A DNA stretch of 64,000 bases from Gemmatimonadota bacterium (GTDB taxonomy: Bacteria; Gemmatimonadota; Gemmatimonadetes; Longimicrobiales; Gaopeijiaceae), in NCBI GenBank assembly GCA_039589315.1, contig JBDHHQ010000003.1:1-64000 (forward strand), given 5' to 3'. The translations under genes and the position numbers were made by a program. The notes under the pieces are model-generated. The model made no database searches and was not told the origin of the DNA. It saw nothing but the letters and a program-made list of their open reading frames with translations. Below are positions 22,633 to 34,132 of this stretch, one piece after another. Every line of letters starts with the position of its first letter. Positions within the stretch are counted from its first letter, which is position 1.

Positions 22633-23901
22633 ATGACCATCGACGCATCGTCACTCCGCATCGCTCTGGAAGAAGAGGAGCGGTGGCGGCGCCGTCTCAC
22701 GGTCACGGTGCCCGCCTCGGAGGTGGACTCTGAGAGGGACGAGGCGATGAAGAAGCTGTCTTCGCGCCTCAAGCTCCCCGGCTTCAGGAAGGGCAAGATC
22801 CCGCCCAACGTGCTCGAGCAGCGATTCGGGTCGTCGCTCCAGCAGGAGACGCTGGACAAGGTGATCGGGGCCGCCTACCGGGTGGCGCTCGAGTCGGAGG
22901 AGCTCAGACCCATCAGCGAGGGGCAGGTCGAGGACATCAACTATCAGCCGGCCTCCGACCTGACCTTCTCCATCGCGTTCGACGTACATCCCGAGATCGA
23001 GCTCGCACGGCTCGGCGGGTTCGTCGTCGAGAGGCCGGCCGTGGAGGTCACGGACGAGCAGGTGGACCAGGTCCTGGATCGCCTTCGTGACCAGAATGCC
23101 GTCTGGCATCCCGCCGAGGACGGCGCGCCCGAGGAGGGGGATCTGGTCACGGTGCAGATCCTCCGGTTGGATGAGGGCAGTGAAGACACCGAGGCCAAGA
23201 GCTACGAGTTCGTCCTGGGTACCGGTGACGCGATCCCGGACGTCGAGGAGGCGATCAAGTCGCTGGAGCCTGGTCAGAGCAGCGCGTTCGCGGTGACGTT
23301 CCCCCAGGATTTCCCCGAGGAGTCCAGGCAGGGAGAGAGCCAGCAGCTAGAGGTCACGCTGATGGGCCGCCGCCAGAAGGAGCTCCCGGCGCTCGATGAC
23401 GAGTTCGCCAGGTCCATCGGCGATTTCGAGGGACTGGAAGACCTGGGCCAGAGGGTCCGGGCGGACCTCGAGAAAGAGGCTGAGAACCGCGTCGAGGGCA
23501 CCGTTCGTGGGCGTCTCACGGACTTCGTGCTCGAGGCGAACCCGTTCACCGTGCCCAGGTCCATGGTGGAACGCTACGTGGACTCGCTACTCGGAGACAC
23601 CGAGGGAGCCGATCTTCAAAAGATAGAGGAGATCAAGGCCTCGATACGCCCCGAGGCGGAGCGAGCCGTCAAGCGGATCCTCGTGCTCGACCGCATCGCC
23701 GAAACGCAGGACCTGCGGGCGACCGAGGACGAGATCGACGAGCGGGTGGAGGGCATTGCGGAAAGCTCGGGCAAGTCGCCGGCCGAGGTGTACGGCCGGC
23801 TGCAGAAGTCGGGCGCGCTGGAGCAGTTGGAGCGGGAGTTGACGGAGAACAAGGTCTTCGACTTCCTAAAGGGTCAGTCGGAGATCATCGAGGCCGCGTA
23901 G
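22633..23901 (+). CDS. tig: trigger factor
   Basis: [10 protein letters not shown] ribosome-binding motif, FKBP-like middle; tRNA-Leu-tig-clpP synteny. Confidence 0.95.
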   Translation: MTIDASSLRIALEEEERWRRRLTVTVPASEVDSERDEAMKKLSSRLKLPGFRKGKIPPNVLEQRFGSSLQQETLDKVIGAAYRVALESEELRPISEGQVEDINYQPASDLTFSIAFDVHPEIELARLGGFVVERPAVEVTDEQVDQVLDRLRDQNAVWHPAEDGAPEEGDLVTVQILRLDEGSEDTEAKSYEFVLGTGDAIPDVEEAIKSLEPGQSSAFAVTFPQDFPEESRQGESQQLEVTLMGRRQKELPALDDEFARSIGDFEGLEDLGQRVRADLEKEAENRVEGTVRGRLTDFVLEANPFTVPRSMVERYVDSLLGDTEGADLQKIEEIKASIRPEAERAVKRILVLDRIAETQDLRATEDEIDERVEGIAESSGKSPAEVYGRLQKSGALEQLERELTENKVFDFLKGQSEIIEAA

Positions 23902-23987
23902 ACGACCCGGCGGATTCGCTGCCCAGGCGGAGCGATCTCCGAGTCAGGAATCCGGGAACGGAACCGAGGAGAGGGTACAGCAGACAG

Positions 23988-24611
23988 ATGCCAGTCTATC
24001 CACCGTACGTGATCGAGCGCACGAGCCGTGGCGAACGCAGCTACGACATCTTCAGCCGGCTTCTCATGGACCGAATCGTGTTCCTGGGAAGCCCCATCGA
24101 CGACAACGTCGCCAACATCATCGTCGCCCAGCTCCTCTTCCTGGACGCGGACGATCCGGAGCGCGACATCTACCTGTACGTGAACTCGCCCGGCGGAAGC
24201 GTCTACGCCGGCCTGGCGATCTACGACACGATCCAACATCTGCGTGCGCCCGTGGCCACCTTCTGCGTGGGAATGGCAGCCAGCATGGGCGCCGTCCTGG
24301 TTACCTGCGGGGCGCCCGGCAAGCGGGCGGCGCTGCCCAACTCCAGGATCATGATCCACCAGCCCTCCGGCGGCACGCAGGGCACCGCGGCCGACATCGA
24401 GATCGCCGCCCGGGAAGTGCTCTACACACGTCATCGGCTCAACGAGATCCTGGCCAGGCATACGGGCCAGTCCGTCACCAAGATCGAGGAGGACGTGGAT
24501 CGGGACCGGTTCATGAGCCCTCACGAGGCCGTCGAGTACGGCCTGGTCGACCGGGTGCTGGAGAAGACCGGCCGGGAGAATGGTGCAGGACCTTCCGACG
24601 ACGAGGGCTGA
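23988..24611 (+). CDS. clpP: ATP-dependent Clp protease proteolytic subunit
   Basis: [25 protein letters not shown]. Confidence 0.98.
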   Translation: MPVYPPYVIERTSRGERSYDIFSRLLMDRIVFLGSPIDDNVANIIVAQLLFLDADDPERDIYLYVNSPGGSVYAGLAIYDTIQHLRAPVATFCVGMAASMGAVLVTCGAPGKRAALPNSRIMIHQPSGGTQGTAADIEIAAREVLYTRHRLNEILARHTGQSVTKIEEDVDRDRFMSPHEAVEYGLVDRVLEKTGRENGAGPSDDEG

Positions 24612-24669
24612 GGGGGAACTCCCCGGGGCCGCCAGGCGTTTCCGCTGAAGACTTGAACGAGGAAACCTG

Positions 24670-25902
24670 ATGTCAAGCGACAAGCACCTTCGGTGCAGCT
24701 TCTGCGGTAAGTCCAAGGACTCCGTCAAGAAGTTCATCTCGGGGCCTTCGGTCTACATCTGCAACGAGTGTATCTCACTCTGCAACGAGATTCTGGCGGA
24801 GGAAGAGGAGCGGGAAGCGCAGGACGCCGTCGTCCCGAGCCTGACACCGATGGAGATCAAGGAGATCCTGGATCAATACGTGATCGGCCAGGAACAGGCC
24901 AAGCGTGCTCTGTCGGTGGCGGTCTACAACCACTACAAGCGCGTGAACCACCAAGGCGTCCTCGACGAGGTCGAGATCGACAAGGCCAACATCCTCCTCA
25001 TCGGCTCGACGGGTGTGGGCAAGACCCTGCTGGCCCAGACCCTGGCGCGCGTCCTCCACGTACCGTTCACGATCGCCGACGCCACCACGCTCACCGAAGC
25101 CGGATACGTCGGCGAGGACGTGGAGAACATCCTGGTGCGCCTCTTGCAGGCCAGCGACTTCAACATCGCGGAGTGCGAACGCGGCATCGTCTACATCGAT
25201 GAGCTGGACAAGATCGCACGCAAGAGCGAGAACCCCTCCATCACCCGAGACGTCTCGGGCGAAGGCGTGCAGCAGGCCCTTCTCAAGATTCTCGAAGGCA
25301 CCGTGGCGAGCGTGCCGCCGCAGGGCGGACGCAAGCATCCGCAGCAGGAATACATCCAGATCAACACCAAGAACATCCTCTTCCTCTGCGGCGGTGCCTT
25401 CGACGGACTCGAAAAGATCGTCGAGGGCAGGATCGGCAAGCGGCGCATCGGCTTCGGGGGCGAGGGCGGCCCGGGTGACAGCGAGGACGACGTGCTCCGC
25501 TTCGTCGAACCCGAAGATCTCCAGCGCTTCGGCCTCATCCCCGAGCTCGTCGGGCGCCTGCCCGTGCTCGTCAACTTGAGCGACCTGGACGAGGAAGCCC
25601 TGATCCGGATCCTCCAGGAGCCCAAGAACGCCTTGGTGAAGCAGTACACCAAGATGTTCGAGCTCGAGGGGATCGGCATCACCTTCGACAAGGACGCCGT
25701 TCGGGCCGTGGCCCGAAAGGCCCACACCCGAGGTACCGGCGCCAGGGGGCTTCGGGCCGTCATCGAGGAGATCATGCTGGACGTCATGTTCGAGATTCCG
25801 TCGCGCAACGACGTCCGGGAGATCGTGGTGACGGAAGAGTCCATCGAGCACGGTGTCCCCCCGTTGCTCGTGCTCCATCCGGAAGCGCGTAAAGAGGCCT
25901 GA
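24670..25902 (+). CDS. clpX: ClpX ATPase
   Basis: CSFCGK zinc finger, [21 protein letters not shown] loop. Confidence 0.98.
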   Translation: MSSDKHLRCSFCGKSKDSVKKFISGPSVYICNECISLCNEILAEEEEREAQDAVVPSLTPMEIKEILDQYVIGQEQAKRALSVAVYNHYKRVNHQGVLDEVEIDKANILLIGSTGVGKTLLAQTLARVLHVPFTIADATTLTEAGYVGEDVENILVRLLQASDFNIAECERGIVYIDELDKIARKSENPSITRDVSGEGVQQALLKILEGTVASVPPQGGRKHPQQEYIQINTKNILFLCGGAFDGLEKIVEGRIGKRRIGFGGEGGPGDSEDDVLRFVEPEDLQRFGLIPELVGRLPVLVNLSDLDEEALIRILQEPKNALVKQYTKMFELEGIGITFDKDAVRAVARKAHTRGTGARGLRAVIEEIMLDVMFEIPSRNDVREIVVTEESIEHGVPPLLVLHPEARKEA

Positions 25903-26060
25903 CCCCCGTGAGGAGGGGGCGAGTGAGGCAACGGCGTCCCTCACCTTTCCCCGAGGGTGCTCGTGTCGTACCATAGGCGGAGGTGGCACCGAGCCACTCC
26001 GCGGGCCGCCGTACAAAGCCCGAAAGCACGACCTCGAATCAGGCCGGCGCACCCGACCCC

Positions 26061-28499
26061 ATGCCGACCGTCAGACGGGTAGACGACCAGGTCACGATCC
26101 CCGAGCAACTACCGGTGATCGCGCTCAGGGACCTGGTCTTCTTCCCCTACATGGTCCTTCCCCTCCTCATCGGCCGGCCCCCTTCCGTGGCGGCTCTGGC
26201 GGCCGCCGAAGAAGCCGACCGTCTGCTTCTGGTGGTGGCCCAGAAGGACGCGGCCATTCGGGATCCCACAGAGGACGAGGTCCACCACGTGGGCAGCGTG
26301 GTGCGCGTCGTCGAGGTTACTCGTCTCCCCGACGGCACGGCCCGGGTCGTGTTCGAAGGTGTTGCACGCGCACGCCTTACACGCCTGGACACGACCGAGC
26401 GCGGCTTCACCGGGTCCATCGAGCTCCTCGCGGAACACGAGTGCGAGACCGGTGAGGAGCTGGACGCGGAGGCCCAGGCGCTGAGCCGAGGCGCCCTCAG
26501 GATGTACGACGAGTACGTCTTCCTCAACGAGCGAGTGCCCGACGAGCTCGCGGGCACGCTCGTCGGCGCAGGGGACCGGATTCGCTTGGCCCATCTCATG
26601 TCCGCCCACCTCCTCGTGGGCGTCCAGGACAAGCAAGAGCTCCTGGAGTCACCCGACCTCGGCCGCTACTACGAGCGTCTCCACAACCTGCTGAGCCGAG
26701 AGCTGGAGATCCTCCGCATCGAGGAGAAGCTGGATCAACAAATCCGGCATCAGATGGACTCGGACCGTCGGCAGCACTACCTCCAGGAACAGCTCAAGGC
26801 CATCAACAAGGAGCTCGGTGGCGGCGACGAGGAATGGGGCGAGCTGTCGGACGCGCTGGAAGCCACCGATCTGCCTGCCCACACCCGCGAGCGGGCGGAG
26901 CGGGAGCTGTCCCGCTTGCGGAAGATCAACCCCGTCGCGCCTGAAGCCGCGGTGATCCGAACCTACCTCGACTGGATCCTCCATCTCCCCTGGCAAGGAA
27001 CCACCGAGGACAATCTCGAGGTGGACCACGCCGCTCGGATCCTCGACGAGGCCCACCACGGCCTGCACGAAGTGAAGGAGCGCATCCTCGATCACATTGC
27101 AGTCCTATCGCTCGTCGGCGAGCTCAAGGGTCCGATCCTCTGCATCGTCGGTCCGCCGGGCGTCGGCAAGACCTCCATCGGCCAGAGCATCGCCCGCGCG
27201 CTGAATCGTGAGTTCGTCCGGGTGAGCCTGGGCGGCGTGCGGGACGAGGCGGAAATCCGCGGCCATCGGCGAACCTACGTCGGCGCCCTGCCCGGACGAA
27301 TCATCCAGGGGATGCGGCGCAGCGGCTCCCCGAATCCGGTGTTCCTGCTGGACGAGGTCGACAAGCTCGCGAGCGACTTCCATGGCGACCCCGGCGCGGC
27401 GCTTCTCGAGGTGCTCGATCCGGAACAGAATCGGGCGTTCGCGGACCACTATCTCGAGTTGGACTTCGACCTCTCCGACGTCCTGTTCGTGGCCACCGCC
27501 AACACGCTTGCCGGCATTCCCGAGCCGCTCCGGGACCGTATGGAGGTCATTCGGATTCCCGGGTATCTGGAGACAGAGAAGCGGGCGATCACGGAACAGT
27601 TCCTCTGGCCGAAACAGGCTGCACGCCACGGACTCGACCCGGCGCGGCTCAGCCTCACCGCCGAGGCGGTGGGCGCCATCGTTCACCGCTACACCCGCGA
27701 GGCCGGCGTCCGCGAGCTCGAGCGACAGATCTCGCGCATTGCCCGCAAGCTCGCGCGGCGTGTGGCCGACCCGGATTCGGACCGCCCAGATCCAGTGCGC
27801 ATCATCCCCTCCGACCTGAAGGAGCTCCTGGGACCGCCCCCGTACCTGCCGCCCGAGCTGGACGACAGTGACGACCGGGCGGGGATCTCCCGCGGGCTGG
27901 CATGGACCGAAGCCGGGGGACAGGTGCTCGACGTGGAGGTGGCGGTGGTGCCTGGAAGCGGCAAGATCCAGCTCACCGGCACGCTCGGCGACGTCATGAA
28001 GGAGTCGGCGTTCGCCGCCGTCACGTACGCCCGGTCACGGGCTCGACGCCTCGGTCTCTCCCGTCAGTTCCACCAGAGCGTGGACATCCACATCCACATC
28101 CCGGAGGGCGCGACGCCCAAGGACGGCCCGTCGGCGGGGATCACGATCGCCGTGGCGCTGATCTCCGCCCTTACCGAAACCCCGGCACGAGCGGACGTCG
28201 CCATGACGGGAGAGATCACGCTGCGCGGACGCGTGCTGCCGGTGGGCGGCATCAAGGAGAAGGCGGTCGCCGCGCTGCGGCACGGGATTCGCCGCGTGGT
28301 CCTGCCCGCTGCCAACGCGTCCGAGCTGGAGCTCCTGCCGGAGGAGGTACGCGATGGACTGGAGTTCCTACCGGTGGGTACCATGGACGATGTGCTGGGG
28401 GCTGCGCTGACCGAGCCCGTGGCGGTCCAGGCCGAAGCGGCGACCGTGCCGGCCGACCTGCTGGAAACCCAGGAGAGTGGAATCCAGCTGTCCCCGTGA
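26061..28499 (+). CDS. lon: Lon protease
   Basis: [29 protein letters not shown]. Confidence 0.97.
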   Translation: MPTVRRVDDQVTIPEQLPVIALRDLVFFPYMVLPLLIGRPPSVAALAAAEEADRLLLVVAQKDAAIRDPTEDEVHHVGSVVRVVEVTRLPDGTARVVFEGVARARLTRLDTTERGFTGSIELLAEHECETGEELDAEAQALSRGALRMYDEYVFLNERVPDELAGTLVGAGDRIRLAHLMSAHLLVGVQDKQELLESPDLGRYYERLHNLLSRELEILRIEEKLDQQIRHQMDSDRRQHYLQEQLKAINKELGGGDEEWGELSDALEATDLPAHTRERAERELSRLRKINPVAPEAAVIRTYLDWILHLPWQGTTEDNLEVDHAARILDEAHHGLHEVKERILDHIAVLSLVGELKGPILCIVGPPGVGKTSIGQSIARALNREFVRVSLGGVRDEAEIRGHRRTYVGALPGRIIQGMRRSGSPNPVFLLDEVDKLASDFHGDPGAALLEVLDPEQNRAFADHYLELDFDLSDVLFVATANTLAGIPEPLRDRMEVIRIPGYLETEKRAITEQFLWPKQAARHGLDPARLSLTAEAVGAIVHRYTREAGVRELERQISRIARKLARRVADPDSDRPDPVRIIPSDLKELLGPPPYLPPELDDSDDRAGISRGLAWTEAGGQVLDVEVAVVPGSGKIQLTGTLGDVMKESAFAAVTYARSRARRLGLSRQFHQSVDIHIHIPEGATPKDGPSAGITIAVALISALTETPARADVAMTGEITLRGRVLPVGGIKEKAVAALRHGIRRVVLPAANASELELLPEEVRDGLEFLPVGTMDDVLGAALTEPVAVQAEAATVPADLLETQESGIQLSP

Positions 28500-28512
28500 G
28501 GTGCAGGCGGCG

Positions 28513-29121
28513 GTGAAGATCCGCACCGTGGAATACGCCGGATCCGTGGCCTCGCCGGACGGCCCACTTCCGGGTGAGCTCCCCCAGGTGGCCTTCTCGG
28601 GCCGGTCCAACGTCGGCAAGTCCTCGCTCATCAACGTCTTGCTGCGACGGACACGGAAGAAGATCGCCCACGTGTCGGGTACGCCGGGCAAGACGCGCAT
28701 GCTCAACTTCTACCGGGTCAACGACCAGTTCTTCCTGGTCGACCTGCCCGGCTTCGGCTTTGCCCGGGTGCCCAAGCAGGTCCAGCAGTCCTGGCGCGCC
28801 CTGATCGAGGGGTACCTTTCGAGGAAGTCTGATCTCCGTGGGGTCGTCCATCTCGTGGACTGCCGTCGCCCCCCCACGGACACCGACCTGCGGATGCTGG
28901 ACTACCTCTCGGAGCTGGGGTTGCCGACCCTGGTGGTTCTCACCAAGATCGACAAGCTGACCCGAACGGAGCGTGCCCGCTCCGTCGCCGCGGCGACCGA
29001 GACGCTGCACGTGGACCCGGATCAGATCCTCCCGTTCTCGTCCAAGACCGGCGAGGGGAGGGAGGCGTTGCTCGACGCCGTGGATTCACTACTCGGAGAG
29101 GAGCAGAGCGAGCGCACATGA
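28513..29121 (+). CDS. engB: ribosome biogenesis GTPase YihA/YsxC
   Basis: [23 protein letters not shown]. Confidence 0.95.
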   Translation: MKIRTVEYAGSVASPDGPLPGELPQVAFSGRSNVGKSSLINVLLRRTRKKIAHVSGTPGKTRMLNFYRVNDQFFLVDLPGFGFARVPKQVQQSWRALIEGYLSRKSDLRGVVHLVDCRRPPTDTDLRMLDYLSELGLPTLVVLTKIDKLTRTERARSVAAATETLHVDPDQILPFSSKTGEGREALLDAVDSLLGEEQSERT

Positions 29122-29792
29122 TCCCGTCTCTCCCCCAGCGCTTGTCTGCACTCCTCCTCGCATCTTCGATGCTGTCCTGCGCCGCCGGGCCCGAAGCCGA
29201 GGAGTCCCAGGGCCCGCGGGCCGGCCCCACGATGTCCACAGGGCAAGGCGGTGCGGAGCTCGTGCCCGCTGGATTCGGCACGCTGCGACAGGACGCCATC
29301 ACGGTACCGCTCCGGTGGGGCGATCTGCTGATCAAGACCACGCCCCTGGAGGAGAACGTCACCCGCCTCACGGCGCCCGACACCCACCAGCGCCTGTCCG
29401 GGCTGGTCACCGCCCACCGAGAAGCCCTGGAGCGGCAGGCTTTCACGAACGACCTCGCCCTCTTCCTGGTGTCGGTCTTCAGCTACGAGGCCAACATCCC
29501 GTACACGCCCGAGGACTTGCTCCTGTCCAGCCAGGGACTCCGGTTCCGGCCCCTGGCCATCCAGCCGGTCACACCTGGATGGAACCGCCGTCGGCTGAAC
29601 CAGCAGGAGACGCAGATGGCGATCTATGCCTTCGACACAGGCATCGATCTGGCGGTGGATCTCGTGGTTCAGTATCAGGGCACGGAGAGCGGGGCGTGGG
29701 ACGCAATCATCCCCACTCTCCAGGCGGAGCGGTCCAAGGTCCGGGCCCGCGGGGTGACGCCCCGGGACACCACGTCCGCCGAGCGTCGCTGA
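29118..29792 (+). CDS. hypothetical lipoprotein
   Basis: Lipobox-like MLSC after hydrophobic stretch; ATGA overlap with engB. Confidence 0.7.
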   Translation: MIPSLPQRLSALLLASSMLSCAAGPEAEESQGPRAGPTMSTGQGGAELVPAGFGTLRQDAITVPLRWGDLLIKTTPLEENVTRLTAPDTHQRLSGLVTAHREALERQAFTNDLALFLVSVFSYEANIPYTPEDLLLSSQGLRFRPLAIQPVTPGWNRRRLNQQETQMAIYAFDTGIDLAVDLVVQYQGTESGAWDAIIPTLQAERSKVRARGVTPRDTTSAERR

Positions 29793-29853
29793 CGCGCACA
29801 CGGCGCTCCGGCCGTCGAGGCCCCGACCGCAGCGCAGGCGTCGCTGGCTCCGT

Positions 29854-31530
29854 TCAGTCCAGCTCGAACTTGCGGATCTTGCGGTAGAGCGTCCGCTCGC
29901 CGATACCCAGTCGCTCGGCCGCCTTCCTGCGGTTTCCGCCCACGTCGTGCAACGCGGCAATGATGGCCCCGCGCTCGAGGTCCTCCATGGTCATGCCGGG
30001 TCGGAACACCACGACGTCCGGGTGCTCGCCGCCCGGCTCCCCGCCGGACACGGCCGCCCCGGTCCACGGCTCCGGTCCGTCCACGAGGGGCTCCACCACC
30101 GCGGGCTCCACGACCTCGAACGAGCCCGTGGCCTGCGTGGCGGGCGGGCGCCCGCTCAGCTGTCCGTCCGGGGCAACCCCGCTTGGGGGAAGTCGCCCTA
30201 CCACCTCCGCCAACGGGCGCTGATCTCGCCGATATGCTTCGAACTCCCGCTTCAGCTCGTCCATGTCCACCCGCAGCTCCACGAGGGTGCGGAATATGAA
30301 CTCGAGCTCCGGACGGAGGGTGGCCTCACCCCCGGTCCTCACGGGTACCCCGGCTCGCTGCGCAACCGGGGCGGGCAGCAGGTTGCCCGCAGCGCCCGGT
30401 GAGCGCACATCGGCCGGAATGTCATCCGGACGAATCTCACGTCCTGGGCCCAAGACGACCATGCTCTCCACGAGGTTCCTCAACTCGCGGACGTTCCCGG
30501 GCCAGTGGTAGGCCTCGAGGATGGCCATGCCTTCCTGGGTGATGCCCGGGAACGGCCGTTCGTGGCGCGTGGTCGCCTCCTCGACGAAGGCCTCCACCAA
30601 CAAGGGGATGTCGGCCCTGCGTCGGCGCAACGGCGGCAGCTCGATGTGGAGGACGTTGAGGCGATAGTAGAGATCCCTCCGGAAGTCGCCGATGGTCACG
30701 AGCCGCCGCAGGTCCTGATTGGTTGCAGCGATCACGCGGACGTCCACGTGGATCGGCCGCTCACCGCCCACGCGCAGGAACTCCCGGGTCTCCAGGACCC
30801 GGAGCAGCTTGGTCTGGGTGGTGAGCGGCATCTCCCCGATCTCGTCCAGGAAGATCGTCCCTCCGTGCGCCAACTCGAACAGACCCTTCCGGGAGTCGAT
30901 GGCTCCCGTGAACGCGCCCTTTTCATGGCCGAAGAGCTCGCTCTCGAGAAGCGTGTCGGAAAGCGCGGCCACGTTCACCGCGATGAACGGCTTGTGCCGT
31001 CTTGGCGAGAGCGCGTGGATCCCCCGGGCGACCAGCTCCTTGCCCGTTCCGGATTCCCCAGTCACGAGAACCGTGGACTGGACGGGAGCGATCTGTACGA
31101 CCCGCTCGAGGGCCTCCCGGATGGGATCCGTCTCCCCGACGATCCCCGTGAGTCGCTGAAGCCGGCGTCGCTCGATCACGGTGCGACCCAGCACCACGAT
31201 CTCGTCGGGGTCGGCTGGGGTCGGGAACACCTCGTCCAACGGCGGGTCGCGGGCAACGCTCCGCCAGTCATCCGAACCTGGGTCAACGACGCCGAAGACA
31301 GGAATGTGGAGAACGGATACGGCCTGGGACGCCAACCCCCTCCCCGACTCCCGATCGAGCTCTCCCGTCAGGATCAGCAGCGCCGGACCCTTCACGCCGG
31401 AGATGTCCTCGCCTCCCGTCACGAGCTCAACGTCGTATCCGTCCGACGCGAACCGGTCCCGGAGTGCCCCCGCCAACCGAAGATCGGCTGTGGAAAGGAG
31501 GACGCGACCCTTCGCCGCCGTGTCAACCAC
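29854..31530 (-). CDS. sigma54 enhancer-binding protein with degenerate receiver domain
   Basis: GESGTGKE, ESELFGHEKGAFTGA, WPGNVREL, C-terminal Fis HTH; GTG start inferred. Confidence 0.9.
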   Translation of the reverse strand: MVDTAAKGRVLLSTADLRLAGALRDRFASDGYDVELVTGGEDISGVKGPALLILTGELDRESGRGLASQAVSVLHIPVFGVVDPGSDDWRSVARDPPLDEVFPTPADPDEIVVLGRTVIERRRLQRLTGIVGETDPIREALERVVQIAPVQSTVLVTGESGTGKELVARGIHALSPRRHKPFIAVNVAALSDTLLESELFGHEKGAFTGAIDSRKGLFELAHGGTIFLDEIGEMPLTTQTKLLRVLETREFLRVGGERPIHVDVRVIAATNQDLRRLVTIGDFRRDLYYRLNVLHIELPPLRRRRADIPLLVEAFVEEATTRHERPFPGITQEGMAILEAYHWPGNVRELRNLVESMVVLGPGREIRPDDIPADVRSPGAAGNLLPAPVAQRAGVPVRTGGEATLRPELEFIFRTLVELRVDMDELKREFEAYRRDQRPLAEVVGRLPPSGVAPDGQLSGRPPATQATGSFEVVEPAVVEPLVDGPEPWTGAAVSGGEPGGEHPDVVVFRPGMTMEDLERGAIIAALHDVGGNRRKAAERLGIGERTLYRKIRKFELD

Positions 31531-32014
31531 CGGGCCGGTGCTCCGTCTCCTGATCCCTGGCGAGGGCCACGGCGTGGGGAGCGAGCCGATCGAGGAGCTC
31601 CAAACCGTCACGGACCCCTGCCGGGCTGCCGGGCAGGTTCACGATGAGGGCTCCGCCACGGACCCCGGCCACCCCTCGCGACAGGAGCGCGTGCATCGTC
31701 TTGGCCTCCCCGGCGCGGCGGAGGGCCTCCGCGAGACCCACCGCCTCACGCTCGATCACGGCCCGTGTAGCCTCCGGCGTCACGTCTCTCGGTGCGAAGC
31801 CGGTGCCGCCGGTCGTGATCACGACGTCGACGTCGGCGTCGTCGACCCAGCGCAACAGCTTCGGGACGATGGCCTGGGTCTCGTCCGGCACCGTCGCTCG
31901 GCCCACCAGCTCGTGCCCGCGATCGCTGCACCAGTCGGCCACGATCTCGCCGCTCCGGTCATGGCGAGTACCGTGGAAGCATCCATCGCTCACGGTCAGG
32001 ATCGCGATCCGCAC
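31523..32014 (-). CDS. MogA/MoaB molybdenum cofactor biosynthesis protein
   Basis: ILTVSD, TTGGTG..PRDVTPEAT, NLPGS. Confidence 0.92.
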   Translation of the reverse strand: MRIAILTVSDGCFHGTRHDRSGEIVADWCSDRGHELVGRATVPDETQAIVPKLLRWVDDADVDVVITTGGTGFAPRDVTPEATRAVIEREAVGLAEALRRAGEAKTMHALLSRGVAGVRGGALIVNLPGSPAGVRDGLELLDRLAPHAVALARDQETEHRPGG

Positions 32015-32029
32015 CCCGGTTCTCTCCCT

Positions 32030-33136
32030 TCAGCGCTTGATGGACCCGTCCGTATAGAAGGGCGGGCGTTGGACGACCGCGGGGATCGTCCGGTTTCGGA
32101 TCTGCACCCCGATCTCCGTTCCGGCACCGGCCAGCGCGGAGGGTACGTACCCCATTCCCACCCCGAACCCCAGCGACGGGCTGAGCACGCCCGACGTGAC
32201 CGCTCCGACGGCGGTCTCGCCATCGGTGAGCGGGTACCCCGGCCTGGGAAAGCCCCGCTCCACGAGTCGGAAGCCCACCAGCTTCCGGGACACCCCCGCT
32301 TCCTTCTGGCGCACCAGCACGTCCCGTCCGAGGAAGTCGCCCTTTTGCAGCTTCACGATCCAACCCAACCCCGACTCGAGGGGCGTGTGGTCCTCGTCCA
32401 GGTCATTGCCGTACAGCGCATAGCCCATCTCCAGGCGAAGGGAATCCCGGGCTCCGAGCCCTGCCGGTCCGACGTCGTCGCCGCCCCGGTCCAGGAGCTC
32501 CCGCCACAGCCTGGCGGCGTCGCCGGCGCCCACGTAGAGCTCGAACCCGTCTTCGCCGGTGTAGCCGGTCCGGCTCACCAGGGCCGCGGCCCCGGCCACC
32601 CGTCCCTCGGCGAATCGGTAGTAGCCGATGGTCTCCAGGTCCTGATCGACCAGTGGCGCCAGGATGCGAGTGGTCCCGGGCCCCTGGAGGGCCAGCAGCG
32701 CCACGTCGTCGGAGCGGTCGGTGAGATCCGCGTCGAAATCCCGCGCGTGCTCCTCCATCCACGCCACGTCCTTCGCCCGGTTGGAGGCGTTGATGACCAG
32801 CATGTAGTGGCCGGGGAACCGGTAGACCAGCAGATCGTCGATGATCCCGCCCGACTGCCGGCACAGCGCCGAGTACTGGGCTTGGCCGACCGTGAGCGCG
32901 GATGCATCGTTGACGGTCAGGCGTTGCACCAACTCGAGAGCCTCGGGGCCCCGTACCTCGACCTCTCCCATGTGCGAGACGTCGAAGAGCCCCACCGACT
33001 CCCGCACGAGCCGGTGCTCGGCGGTGATACCAGTGGGATACTGCACCGGCATTTCGTATCCCGCGAACGGGACCATCTTGGCCCCGAGGGCCAGGTGCTC
33101 GGCGTGTAGCGGCGTCTTCCGCAGCCCTTCGGACAT
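32030..33136 (-). CDS. gcvT: glycine cleavage aminomethyltransferase
   Basis: FDVSHMG, SRTGYTGEDGFE, GLGARDSLRLE. Confidence 0.97.
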   Translation of the reverse strand: MSEGLRKTPLHAEHLALGAKMVPFAGYEMPVQYPTGITAEHRLVRESVGLFDVSHMGEVEVRGPEALELVQRLTVNDASALTVGQAQYSALCRQSGGIIDDLLVYRFPGHYMLVINASNRAKDVAWMEEHARDFDADLTDRSDDVALLALQGPGTTRILAPLVDQDLETIGYYRFAEGRVAGAAALVSRTGYTGEDGFELYVGAGDAARLWRELLDRGGDDVGPAGLGARDSLRLEMGYALYGNDLDEDHTPLESGLGWIVKLQKGDFLGRDVLVRQKEAGVSRKLVGFRLVERGFPRPGYPLTDGETAVGAVTSGVLSPSLGFGVGMGYVPSALAGAGTEIGVQIRNRTIPAVVQRPPFYTDGSIKR

Positions 33137-33140
33137 GGCG

Positions 33141-34073
33141 TCAGCCCTTGTCGTTGTTCTGTCCCATGAGCTCCAGGAGGAGCGCTTTCTGGGCGTGGAG
33201 TCGATTCTCGGCTTCCTGAAACACACGCGAAGCCGGCCCGTCGATGACCTCGGCTGTCACTTCCTCGCCCCGATGGGCGGGCAGGCAGTGGAGGAAGATC
33301 GTGTCGGGACGAGCCCGTGCCATGAGGTCGTCGTCCACCTGGTACCCCTGGAACGCCTGCATGCGCTCTGGGGCCTCGTCCTCGTCTCCCATGGAGGCCC
33401 AGACATCGGTCGTGACCACGGTGGCGTTCTCGGCGGCTTCCGCCGGCGAGCGCGTCAGGGTCACGGGGGCACGCCGGCCGGCCCTCTCCAGGATCTCCGC
33501 ATCGGGATCGTACCCCTCCGGACACGCCAGGCGCAGCGTGAACCCCAGGAGCGCGGCCGCGTTGAGCCACGAGTTGGCCATGTTGTTGCCATCGCCGATC
33601 CACGCCACGGTCACGGCGGGCCAGTCGAACCCGAACGTCTCGGCGGCTGTCATCAGGTCGGCGAGCAGCTGGCAAGGGTGCACGAGGTCGGTCAGTCCGT
33701 TGATGACCGGGACGGTGGCGTGGCGGGCCAGCTGCTCAGCCTCGCCGTGGGCGAAGGTGCGGACCATGATGCCCTGGACCATCCCGCTCAGGACCCGCGC
33801 GGTGTCGGGTAACGGCTCCCCACGACCGAGCTGGCTGTCCCGGTCGGAGAGGAAGACCGCATGTCCGCCGAGCTGATGCATCCCCACCTCGAACGAGACA
33901 CGAGTCCGCGTCGAGCTCTTCCGGAAGATCATGGCCAGGGACTGCCCGGCCAGGGCGGCGCGCTCGCTCGCGCGGCCCGCTTTCAGACGGGTGGCACGTC
34001 GCAGCAGCGCCTCGAGCTCGGAAGCCGTGAGGTCGGTCAACGTCAAGAAGTCCCGCTTGGACTTGCCTGCCAT
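33141..34073 (-). CDS. argF: ornithine carbamoyltransferase
   Basis: SSTRT, HPCQ, DVWASMG, HCLP. Confidence 0.95.
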   Translation of the reverse strand: MAGKSKRDFLTLTDLTASELEALLRRATRLKAGRASERAALAGQSLAMIFRKSSTRTRVSFEVGMHQLGGHAVFLSDRDSQLGRGEPLPDTARVLSGMVQGIMVRTFAHGEAEQLARHATVPVINGLTDLVHPCQLLADLMTAAETFGFDWPAVTVAWIGDGNNMANSWLNAAALLGFTLRLACPEGYDPDAEILERAGRRAPVTLTRSPAEAAENATVVTTDVWASMGDEDEAPERMQAFQGYQVDDDLMARARPDTIFLHCLPAHRGEEVTAEVIDGPASRVFQEAENRLHAQKALLLELMGQNNDKG

Positions 34074-34132
34074 ATCACCTCGTGTGTTGGCGATGGGTGG
34101 AGCTTCCGGCCACTTCCGGCGCACCCGGGCTC

